64,000 bases of DNA from Cyanophora paradoxa CCMP329 (lineage: Eukaryota; Plantae; Glaucophyta). The position numbers were made by a program, and so were the translations under genes. The DNA lies in contig QPMI01000113.1 of NCBI GenBank assembly GCA_004431415.1, forward strand, positions 251,794 through 315,793. Direction: 5' to 3'. This document shows, in pieces, positions 35,586 to 46,047 of this stretch; the first letter of the stretch is position 1; each line of letters opens with the position of its first letter. Below the pieces are notes generated by a model that was not told where the DNA came from, ran no database searches, and saw nothing but the letters and a program-made list of their open reading frames with translations.

Positions 35586-35868
35586 TGTCGCATCCGACTT
35601 TACAGTGGATGCTCGATTGTGAGCCGCTAGGGCTCTAGATGATGTATGCAGCCTTCGTGCTGCTAGGCCGACGGCGCCTAGGCTAGTTAGAGCGCCGCGG
35701 TCATTTGTATGCGTGTGTCGGGGTACGCCGTAGTTGGACGGGTACACCCTCAGTCTACCATCACGGTGGCTAACAGCAGCAGCACTCGCCAAACCCCGCC
35801 CTGCTGAGCTTGCACTCCGCACGGGCTTCTCGCGCGCACGATTAGACACACTAATCTCGCACGCGACA
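35586..35868 (+). repeat. 3' LTR
   Basis: Matches the 5' LTR; followed by the TSD GTGCC. Confidence 0.97.
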
Positions 35869-36745
35869 GTGCCGACACGTTCCACCCGCCTGACGCCTCA
35901 GGGGGGCAGCAGCCGGGCCAGCCCTGCGGCGGGCAAGAGGGCCCCGGGCAGGTCCAGGAGCGCCCGGAGCAGCCGCGCCCTGGGCCCGGGCCGGGACGGC
36001 TCCATGTAGGCGCAGGCTAAGAGGGCCCTCATGATCATGATCAGCAGCAGTGGCCAAACGACCAGCACGCGCCGCCGCCGCAGGGCTCGCAGCATGCGCA
36101 GGCCGCCCCGCGGGCCGGGCTAGTGGCAGCAGGGCCCGTACGTCCGGCCAGCAGCTGCAGGCCCCCCCCGGGCCCTCCCCCCCTCTCTCTCGCCCCTCTA
36201 TAGCTAACTATAGGCCTCAGCGGCCGATCCCCCGGCCCATGCATCGCAGCAGGGCGCGCGCACCGTGGCACCCAGCAGACCAGGTGGCTTTCAAGGGCCA
36301 GCGCTAGCTATAGGTGCCTTTCGAGGGAGCAGTGTTCATGTACATGTGTGCATGCATGCACACGTGCACGTACGCGTGCCGCAGTGCTGCAGCGCTTTCC
36401 GAAGTTCGAGGGCCAGCTGCAGCGTTAGCCCATGATCAGTACTACGGTAGCTATAGCAGTGCGCATGTGCCAGCACCGAGAGGACCAGCGCTAGCGCAAG
36501 CATGTGTACGTATACAGCGCTAGCGCCCCCGAATCGGACGCGCGCACAGCCTGGCAGCCTGCAGCAGTAGCTAGCGGCAACACGCTCAGGCCTAGGACGC
36601 ACAAAGCGCGCCCAAGCTGCCGCAGTGCAAGCTTAAGTCGCTGCCGGCGCCGGCGCCGCGGCGCTGTCGACGTCGTCGGCCCGGAAGCCGGGCGCTAGCG
36701 ATCCAGTCCGGCTCCCGTCAAACCAGTCGTTGCGACCTCTCAACC

Positions 36746-36817
36746 GGTCCTATGGTGTAACGGTTAGCACCCAGGACTCTGAATCCTGTAATCCCAGTTC
36801 GAATCTGGGTAGGACCT
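36746..36817 (+). tRNA. tRNA-Gln (CTG)
   Basis: Identical to the 24690 copy; upstream TCAACC; weak terminator TTTCTT. Confidence 0.96.
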
Positions 36818-37076
36818 TTCTTGGCGCGCGCTGAGCCCGAACGGGTGGCGGCCCGGGCCGTCGCTCGTGCTAGCCGCCTAGTAGGTAGCGCTCAGCGGCT
36901 CGTACACGCTCGCACACGCGGGCAAATCTTCTACGTATACAGCCTGCTTGAACACACTTTTGCAGGCCGCGCCGCGACCGCGCGCAAGCATGTTCATCAT
37001 ATGCATAAGTTATCGCGATCGCGCGGGCGCCGCGCGCCGCGGCGCCGCGGCGCCGCCGCCGCGCCGATCGCGACGC

Positions 37077-37180
37077 ACAGCATTAGCGCTATAGCCAAGG
37101 ATTCCGGAAACAGCCGCTCACCATCGGCGCAGCATTAGCGCTATAGCCAAGGATTCTGGAAACAGCCGCTCACCATCGGC
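37077..37180. repeat. Two copies of the 52 bp tandem repeat upstream of the third tRNA-Gln
   Basis: Same unit as 24520-24675. Confidence 0.92.
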
Positions 37181-37194
37181 GCAGCGCATCAACC

Positions 37195-37266
37195 GGTCCT
37201 ATGGTGTAACGGTTAGCACCCAGGACTCTGAATCCTGTAATCCCAGTTCGAATCTGGGTAGGACCT
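37195..37266 (+). tRNA. tRNA-Gln (CTG)
   Basis: Identical copy; both flanks are shared with the 24690 copy. Confidence 0.97.
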
Positions 37267-37520
37267 TTTCGCCCGCTGCCGTTCCTTCCGCCCCTGTACC
37301 CGGCGAGCCGGTGCGCAGCTTGTGTGCGCAAGGCTTTTCTGCCGACGCGTCTCGCGCGGTCGCCGGCGACTCGCCGCTTCACTGACCTCCGCGGTTCGAT
37401 AGAGGACAGCTCCTCTCGACCTCACCAGCGTTCGAGAGTCCGGGAAGCACAGGTAGCGGGCCGCAGGCGGGCTCAGCGGCTCCAGTCGAAGCTTCTGGCG
37501 CCGGGCTGGCGCTTCAAGTC

Positions 37521-40500
37521 ATGCTGAAGAAAGCAGACATCGACGGTGCGAGCGGCCTGTAGCGGCCTGTTCGTTGCGTTCCAGCAAAGACGTCTATTCA
37601 ATTCGTTACGCATCACAGAGGTGTCGCTTCTGCACGCTGCAATCCGAGCGCTGCGGAAGGACCGTACCAGCCGTGCGGACAAGGAGGTGCAGGATAAGTT
37701 CAATGCGTCGGTCCGCCAGCCTGTAACAGTGCCGGACGCGTCCTGCATGTACAAAGCCTTGCTGCGAACGCAGGTCGGGCAGGTAATTGAGAGCCTCGAG
37801 GCGGACCTCGAAGGTGCGCCGCCCGCCGCCGACCGCGCGCTTAGAGCCGGCTGCGATGCCCGCGCAGGCCAGGAGAACATCCTTCTTCGCGAGGCTGACT
37901 CCACGCACGCCCGCTTCCTCCTCTGTGCGCTGCCCCGGCCGCCGCTGCAACGCAACGGCACGGCTGACCCGCCGCGCTGTGCGCAGTCGACCTCTGCTTC
38001 GCGGGTGCGGGGGCGGCGCGGCTCGAGCGGGAGAGCGCCGGGGCTGACGGGGCGGGGGCCGCGGGGCGCAGAGCTCGTGGACCACGCGACGGCGAACCTG
38101 GACGCGGAGCTGGCGGCAGTGCTGCGGCGCTTCCGGCGGAGCCACCAGCAGCTCTTCGCGCGCCTCCCATCCATCCTCCACGAGACCTTCCCACCGGGGA
38201 GCCGCATCAAGGAGGCCCCCGAGATGGGCGCCGAGCCATACGACGACGCCCGCCAGCGTGCGCCGGCCCGCCGCGCGGCCCCTCGCCCCGTGGCCCCGGG
38301 CGAGGGGCGGCGGGGCCGCTGGCGCGCAGATTCGGCGGGGGCGGCGAGGAACGGCAGCCCGAGCGTGCACTCGCCGAGCCGCCCGAACGGCATCCTACGT
38401 GGCGCCCCCGCCCCCGTCGCCATCCCGGCCCCGGCCCCGGCCCCGCGCCAGCAGGAGGCCGCCCCGCCGGTGGGGCCCGGAGGCTACGCGTGGCGCCACG
38501 CGCAACTGCCGCGGGAGGACTCGCAGAAGACGGAGCGGGGCCCTGGCGGGCGCTGGGCGCAGCCGGCCGTCGCGGTGCCGGGCCCCGGCGCCGGCCCTGT
38601 GGCGACGGTGGGGCGGGCGGTCTCGGCGCACGCGACGCCGGGGGCGCGGGGCCGGCGGGGCGCTACGGGGCGGGGAGGAGGAGGCGGACGACGAGGGCGA
38701 GGAGGCGCCCGAGGCCCGGCCCCTCTCCACGGCCCCCGTCCGGCCCCAGCTCTACCCCTACCCGCGCCCGCTGCTCGAGCAGCCGGCGCCCGCCCCCGCC
38801 GGCCCGCAGCCCCGCCCCGCCCGTTCCGGCGTCCGCTCCGCCCCTTCCACCGCCCGCGCCGCCTCCAAGCCCGGCGCACGGTACCCCCCTCCTCCCATCC
38901 CCTCCCCACTGCCTTTCGGAGCGGCGGCTCGGGCGCGGGGCCAACCGTGGGCGGGGCAGGCGCGCGGCCTCGCAGGAGCGGCCCCCGCGGGATCCCGACG
39001 CGCGCTCTTCCGCCCATGCCTCCGACGGGGTGCGCCGCGCCGCCCTCCTCCTGCATCCCGCCCCCGCCCGGTGACCAGGCGCGGCGCGGCAGGAGGGCGC
39101 GAAGGCGCAGGCGCAGGCGCGGCGGCGGGAGCCGAGCGCGGAGAGAGCGCAGGTAACGCCGCGCCCCATCTCCCACAAGCAGCTCAGCGCGATTATCGAG
39201 GTCCGCGCGCCCCCGGCCTGCCCCCCGGCCTGCGCGGGGCCGACACGGGGCGGGCGGCAGAGCATCTACGCGTCGAAGGAGTGCGCCCCCGGCCTGCCCC
39301 CCGGCCTGCGCGGGGCCGACATGGGGCGGGCGGCAGAGAGTTCGACGCGAAGTGCGCGCGGGCGCAGCTGCCGCGGGAGACCATGGAGCAGCACATGTTT
39401 ACATACCTCAACCAGAAGTGCGCAGGCTGCCCCGTCCCGCCCCCGCTGCTCCCTCGCGCGCCCCGCCCTGACCCCCGCCCCGCCAGGTACGGCCTTCGCC
39501 CCCTCGTGCTCGGTGCGTGCGGGGCGGGGCGCTCGGGGCGGGGCGGGCAGGTGCCGAGGCGGGGCGCGGGGGGGCAGAGTACGCGGCGGGGGTGGTGAAG
39601 GCGGCGGGGCGGCTCGCGGCGGTGGACAACGACGTCGCCGTCTTCCACCGCATCCTCCGCAACGAGATCGACGAGGCCCGCCCCCCCCCCCCCCCCCCCG
39701 CCCCCCGCCCCGCCCCCCGCCCCGCCTGACGCCCGGCGCAGGACTTCCGCCGCGTGCAGCGCTCCCTGAAGGAGACGGTGCGGGCCGCCGGGGCGGGGCG
39801 GGGGGGCGGGGGGGCTGAGGGCGGGGCAGCTGGCGGACCTGCTGCGGCTGCACCTCTCGAACAAGTTCGCGCTCAAGTCGGAGCGGGAGCTGCAGGCGAT
39901 GCTCCAGGCCCGCATGCGCGGCTCCGTCTCCGAGCCCGAGTGGCTCGAGGTGCGCCCCGGGCGCCCCCAAGGGCCCCCCCCGCCCCCCCCCCCCCCCCCC
40001 CCCCCCCCCGGGCCGCCCCCGCCGGCGACGGCGAGGCGGGGTGTGGGGCGGCAGGTGGTGCGGGCGGCGTACGAGGGGCGCGACGCCGAGCACGTCGAGG
40101 CCATCGTCCGGTGCGTGGCGCCCCGCACGCCCCGCCCCCGCCGGGGGTCTCCCTCGCCGACGCCGCGGCCCCGGGGGGGCGGGCAGGCGGGTGCAGCAGA
40201 ACGTGGCGGAGGCGAGCGGCGAGGCGGCGAACCGCATCCCCTACGCCGAGTTCCTCAAGGCGCCGCCCCTCCTCCCGGCCCGCCCCTTGCGCCGCCTGAC
40301 ACCCGCGCACCCCGCAGACCTGCCTCGAGTACCAGCTGAGGGGCCACGAGGCCTTCCTCCGCCCCTTCGTTCGCCTCTTCCGCGCCGTCGACTCCGACCG
40401 CGACGGTGCCCCGCCTCCCCCCACCCGTCCCCCCGCAGGGCCTCCGACCGAGTGCCCGCCCTGCGCCAGGCGTCATCACGGGGCCGCAATTCCGCCAGCT

Positions 40501-40798
40501 GGTCAGGAGCCTCGACCCGGCCTCGCCCAAGCCGGAAGCGCAGGCGCGCCCGCCCCCGCCCTCGTCCTGCCCCCGTCTCCCCCGCTCAGGCGCCCCGCGC
40601 AGGTGCAGGAGCTGCTCGCCCGCGCGGACCCCCACGACAACCAGCAGATCACTTTCTCGGAGGCGCGTCTCGCCCTGCTCCAGCCCCCTCCTGCCCGCTC
40701 ACCGCCCCGCTCGCGCGCAGTGCGTCTCGGTGCTGGAGCAGGAGCTCCTCGCCTTCTCGAGCCGCCTGCAGGAGCAGCGCTCCCGCCCCCGCTCTTAG
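37521..40798 (+). CDS. Conserved protist EF-hand protein (TSNAXIP1-like C-terminal region)
   Basis: Spliced IIESIYASKEEFDAKC..LPRETMEQHMFTYLNQKYGL, DNDVAVFHRILRNEIDEDF, FRAVDSDRDGVI and DPHDNQQITFSEC; TAG at 40796-40798. Confidence 0.7.
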
Positions 40799-40932
40799 AG
40801 CCCCTCCGCGTAGCCGTGCAGAGATAGTGAGGTCCCAATCTTGGATAACAGAACCGCGCCCGCGCCCGTTCTGCCTCGACACCCGCCCTAGATCTAGATC
40901 TCTTTCCAGAAGCGCTCACAGTTCGGCGCTAA

Positions 40933-41110
40933 CACAGCAGAGTATGGGGGGGGTACCCACCATAGCATTGGTTTGTATGGGACTGCGGCCCCCCCCCCTC
41001 GACCATTCTGTGCAGTAACCATTCTGTGCCTACGGGGGGGTGCCACTTTCCCCGGCTTTTCCCATAGAAGCCAAATGCTATGGCGGGTACCCCCCCCATA
41101 CTCTGCTGTG
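40933..41110. mobile_element. MITE (178 bp) with CAC...GTG termini and TAA TSD; CMC (Chapaev3/EnSpm-like) or PIF/Harbinger
   Basis: Perfect 26 bp TIR CACAGCAGAGTATGGGGGGGGTACCC, imperfect out to ~50 bp; TAA at 40930-40932 and 41111-41113. Confidence 0.9.
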
Positions 41111-41238
41111 TAAATAGATAGCAGCGCATGCGCATCTGGAAGTGCTTCGGGGGCTCTGGCCTCGATGTTGCTAACGTAAGGATCCATGTGAACACGTAGA
41201 CATTGAGCGTTGGCGACGAGCTGAATGGCACGGGCGCC

Positions 41239-42409
41239 TCAGCACCAGTCGAGGTCCTCGTGGGCGGGCGCCTCGGGCTCGTCGGCCTCGTCGTAGCCGG
41301 CGGCGGGGGCGGCCCCGGCCTCGACGGCGACGCCGGTGAGCTCGAAGGCGACCAGGCCGGCCTCGTCCAGCTCCGGCGCCTCGCTCTCCAGCCGCTCCGG
41401 GTGCGCGCTGTCGTGCGCCGCCACCTGCCGCCCCCCGCCCGCCCCTCAGCGCCCCGCCCCCGCCCCGCCCGCCCCCGCCCGGCCCCCTCGCCTTGTTCGC
41501 CAGGTCCTGGGCGTTCATGCACATCGTCTGCGGGGCGGGAGGCGCGTGTCGGCAGACGGCTGGGGGCGTGCGCAGGGGCGGCCGGGGCGCACCTGGATCG
41601 CGCTGTCCGTCCCCGCCCTGCCGATGACCATCGCGAGCTTGTGGCCTGCCTTGGCGGCGCCTGCGCGGCGTCAGTCCGGTGCTCGGACCCCTCAGTCGCT
41701 GCTCGACCGCCCGACTCACAGAATGCCTGCAGCCGAGGGCGAGTCAGGGCGCAGGCGCGCGGAGGCGACCGGGGCCGCGCGCACGCTCTTCGAGCCCCGA
41801 TACGCAGTCCCAATCCTGCGGGCACGGTTAGACGAGGCAACGCGAATCGGAGAGAGTAGCTCGCCCGTAGATGTATTCGCCTTGGGGCGTGGCGGACACT
41901 GCGCGGTACGAGCGGGTCAGTCGAGCCCGGGCTGGAGCTCGGGCCCGGGCTGGAGCTCGGGCCCTCACCATTGTAATCAACGCCAGCAATCTTAGCCCAC
42001 GTGTAGCTCCGCGGATCTGATGCGGCGCGGGCTCAGCGTTCTGCTTGGCGATGCCGCGCGGAGCGGCAGCGAACCTGTCACCGCATTCATGACGCTGATG
42101 ACCTCCTTCGCCGTGATGGGCTCATTGTGCGACGGCAACGATTTGCTTTCCCAACCGCTTCCGTCGCGCTTGATGACAACCTGCAAGGCGGGTTAGCGGC
42201 GGAAACGGGGCGGCGAAGAGCTGGCGAAGCGAGAAAAACTGCTTACTTTAGTGTGCACGTTGGGATAGTCCTGGCGCCCCAGAATCTCCGCATACCGCTG
42301 CTCGGCCATCAACGGACTGGTCGACCGCTGGGCCGGTGCTGGCGCCCCGAACTGGCGCTCTAAAGGGGAGGTCACGAACCGGATCGGGGATGTCGAAGTC
42401 GTCCGACAT
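41239..42409 (-). CDS. Small multi-exon hypothetical protein with an acidic C-terminus
   Basis: MSDDFDIPDP..., VVIKRDGSGWESK, HKLAMVIGRAG and ...HEDLDWC* separated by canonical short introns. Confidence 0.5.
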
Positions 42410-42697
42410 GCTCTAGACTTCGCCTACTAAACCTGCCTTCGCAGCCCGCGGGCGTTGATTAGCTTGCGGGAGAAGCAGAGCTAGAAAACTGAACTGGTAC
42501 CGCCGCCTGTAGCTGCCGCTGATAACCGACAGACAAACCGCGAGCGCGTACCCCCGTCTGAGGAGTTCAAAGCCAGCTTTCTGCCGCCGGAGACAGCATA
42601 GAGGTGCGCCAGCTACAGGGCTAGCGCTGCGAGCTCCAATCCTCGGGCCGGCGCAGCGATCGGCCGATCTGAACCGGAGCTCTAGCACTCCGACACA

Positions 42698-44510
42698 ATG
42701 CACATCCTCCCGATCTTGGGCGGGATCGCTGCGGCCGGCGTAGCGGTCGCCGTCCTGCGCGAGCTCGCGGCTATGATGAAGCACAAGGTCGAGGAGGTCC
42801 GATCCCTGGTCGCCGTTGCGACCCCCAGCTTGCCTGAATAGTGCTCGCAGGGTGACTACGTACTAATTACGGGCAGCGGCTCTGGAATCGGGCTGGCCAC
42901 CGCGAAGCACCTGGACAAGCGCGGGTTCCGCGGTTCGCGCTCGCCGCGGGCCTCAGCGCGCGCCTGCCGCAACGATTCACGTGCGAGCAGTTATCGCCAC
43001 CGTCCGCAGGCCAGAGCAGGTCGAGGTGGTGCGCGAGCGCTAGCCCCCGCCGCTCGCACGCCGGCGTTGCAGACCCCCTCGCAGGTGCGGGCCGGGGCGA
43101 GCGAGCGCATGCGCGTGCTGGTGCTGGACGTGACGAGCGAGGAATCCATCGCGACATTCCTCGGCGTCCTCAAGACGATCGTCGGCGAGAACGGTGCGAG
43201 CGACGGGCGGCAGGGGCGAGCGCTCGGACGCCGCCTCTGCTGAAGCGCGCGCCCAGGCCTGAGCGGGGTCGTCCTCAACGCCGGCGCGCCCGATCCGTCC
43301 CGAGCCTCCTGCCCCGCCGCACTGACGGGGCTCAGGGGTCATGCTGGGCGGGCCGGCCGAGTTCATGTCTACGGAGCGCACGCGGCAAATCTTCGAGACG
43401 TGTGCCGGGCCCCGCCCCGCCCCGCCTTGGAGCGTTCGAAACCGCGCCGGAACGCAGGAACTTCTTCGGAGCCGTCCGCTGCGTGCGGGCCTTCCTCCCC
43501 CTGCTGCGCGAGAGGCGAGGGCACCCCTCCCCGGCCTCCAGGGGCCGGGGCGAGTGGGGGCCGGCAGGTGGTACCCGGGGCCGGCGGGGGGCAAGCGGAC
43601 GAGGCGGCGGCGGGCGGGGCGCATCGTCTCCATCTCCTCCGTCGTGGGCGCCATGCCCTGCGCCCTCTACAGCGTAAACACCCCCCCCCCCTCCCCCGGG
43701 CGCGGTGCGTGACGGGCAGCGCAGTCGTACTGCGCGTCGAAGGGCGCCCTTGAGGCCTTCACCGACTCCCTCAGGCGCGCCCCCCGCCCCGCACCCGCCC
43801 CCCCCCCCCCCCCCCCCCCCCCCCCCCACTCCCGCGGCAGGCGGGAGCTGGCGCCGCAGGGCCTCTTCGCGTGCTGCGTGCGCCCGGGCACCACCCGCAC
43901 CCGCCTCCTCCGCGACCTCCCCCTCGTGCGCCCCCCGCGCTCCAGCGTCCCGCGCGCTGGACTGGGGCGCTGAGGGCAGCGGGGGGCGGGCAGGACTACG
44001 CCGCCGCGCACACGGCAAAGGCGCTCGGCTCCGAGGCCCGCCGCGACGAGTACGAGCGACTCTACCGCTCCCAGGCCCGCCCCGCCCCGCCCCGCCCCGC
44101 CCCGCCCCGCTCCGCGAGGCGGCGGCATGCGAGAGAGGCGGGGCGGCGGGGGCGTGCAGGAGGTGAAGACGGGGAAGCAGCTCGCCGTGCTCTCCGCCCT
44201 CGCCGGGCCCCCCGAGGTCGCCCCGCCCCCCGCTCCCCGGCCCCTCCTACCCCAACACCCGCCGCCCCCCCAGCCCGTGGCCGCCGCGGTGGACCACGCG
44301 CTCACCTCCTGGGCCCCCCGCACCTACTACAACGTCGGCTGGCCCGCCCCCGCGCCCCCTGCTCGCCTCCGCCCCGCGCCGCCTCACGCGGGGCCCAGGG
44401 ACACGCCGCTGATGGCGGCGCTCTCGGCGGCCTTCCCCGCGTGCCTCGTGGAGGCCGCCATGGGCGTCGCCCTCCCCTTCGTCCAGCCCCTCCTCTACTC
44501 CGCCCGCTAG
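42698..44510 (+). CDS. Short-chain dehydrogenase/reductase (RDH/17-beta-HSD-like) with an N-terminal membrane anchor
   Basis: ITGSGSGIG, LDVT, VLNAG, NFFG, GRIVSISS, YCASK (YxxxK) and LRREL. Confidence 0.93.
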
Positions 44511-44758
44511 CCGCCCCTCTTTCAGTTCCGTGTCTGCCGGCCTCTGTGTCTGCCCCGTTTCCCTTGCAGCTCTACCTCTGTGTGTCTGTGTGTGCAGTGT
44601 GTACAGTATCCGATGATGATCGATTGCGAAGTCTGACACGCACTGAGCCGTGGTGTCCTGTGTCCTGGCCCGCGCTGCCAGCCGCGCCCGCCGGGCCGGG
44701 CCGTGCGGGGTTCGCGCAGCAGGACGTGGCGGCCAGCCGGCGCGAGCGGGGCCCCTCC

Positions 44759-45897
44759 CTACAGCCCGAAGAAGCCGTCGACAGCGGGGTCGCCCCCCGC
44801 GCCGCTCTCCTCCGCCCCCTCCGCCTCGTCTGCCGCGTCGTACTGCGCCCCCGCGGCGTGAGAGGGGGCCGGCGGGGCGGGTGTGCGGGGGAGGGGCGCG
44901 GGGGCGCACGAGGGAGGCGGGCCCGGCGCGGAGGTGGATCTGGCCGTGGCCCGTGGGCGAGGGCGCGTGCTCCGTCGGCAGCCGCTCGTCCGTCGGCTCC
45001 ACCAGCCAAGGCCGCCCCTGCACCCCGCCGCCAGCCCGCCCCGTGAGGCGCGCCTGCGAGCCGGGCGGGCCCCCGTGCACGTTTTCATCGTCCCCCTCCC
45101 TCTTCTCCTCCCCCTCGTCCCCCTCCGCCCCCACCTCTTCCTCGTCCTCCGCGGGCGCCGGGGCCGCCTCGGGGGCCGGTGCGAGGGCCGGGGCCGGGGC
45201 CGGGGCCGGGGGAGGCGAGGGCTCGGGCCCCGACTGGTCGTAGTCACCGTGGCCCGCCGCATCCGCGGCGCCCGTCGGGTCCTGCCGGCCGGCCTCAGCC
45301 GCAGCCGCCTAGCCTGCAAGGGGGCGGGGGGCGGACGGGGTGGCTGATCTCCTCGAAGTTGATGTGCGTGGCGATCTCGTCGACGCCGGCCGACGCGTAC
45401 CTCACGAACTCCTTGAACCCCAGCCGCCCGTCCCGCGGCTGCAGCGCGTCCGCCTCCGTGAACGCGTGCTGCCGCCCGCTCTCAGCCGCCCCCCCGGCCC
45501 CGCGGCGGCGCTCGGCGATGGGCGGCCGCACGGAGGACATCTCGTCCACCAGCTTGCTCGTGATCCAGCGGTCTCCGGGGATCAGGTCCTTCCGGCTGTG
45601 CACCTCCGCCAGAACCTCCTGCCTGCAGGGCGCGCCCCGCCGTTCAGTCCCTTGAGTCCGGCCCGTGGCACCCCGCCCTAGCACAGGCTTGCACCATTGC
45701 TGCCAGGTGTAGTTTTCGGAAGCTTTCGGATAGAAGAGCTGCGGACGCGTGTTCGACACGTCGCGCCGGCACTGGCCCAGCAGTTGCAGGCAGCGGACCT
45801 TCACGAGGTCTTGCCGGAGCTTGTCGAGTTCCTCCCGCGTATGTGGGCCGCTGTAGCTCAGCGCGCTGTACGAGTAGGCGTCGGGCGAGCTCGTCAT
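44759..45897 (-). CDS. Hypothetical protein with a possible degenerate EF-hand and acidic tail
   Basis: Exons MTSSPDAY..., AFTEADALQPRDGRLGFKEFVRY, ...VDGFFGL*. Confidence 0.45.
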
Positions 45898-46047
45898 AGC
45901 TAGTCCGACGGGCTGAAGAAACGGCCGACGGTGAGCCGCTGGTGACACCGCGCAGCTCGCTTCGAAACGCACCTTCTCGCTAAGCTATCGATTTGTGGAT
46001 GAAGAAGGCTAGTATGCGAGGCTTCGAATTCAACCCAGGCTTGCGAG

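Larger units (their letters stand above)
25698..35868 (+). mobile_element. Full-length Ty3/Gypsy LTR retrotransposon (10,171 bp)
   Basis: 283 bp LTRs with TGTCGC...GCGACA ends; 5 bp TSD GTGCC at 25693-25697 and 35869-35873; PBS and PPT present; domain order gag-PR-RT-RNaseH-IN. Confidence 0.97.

Noticed and set aside
33836-35885. env-like or antisense extra ORF in the element 3' region
   Set aside because: No signal peptide, TM segment or coding-like composition.
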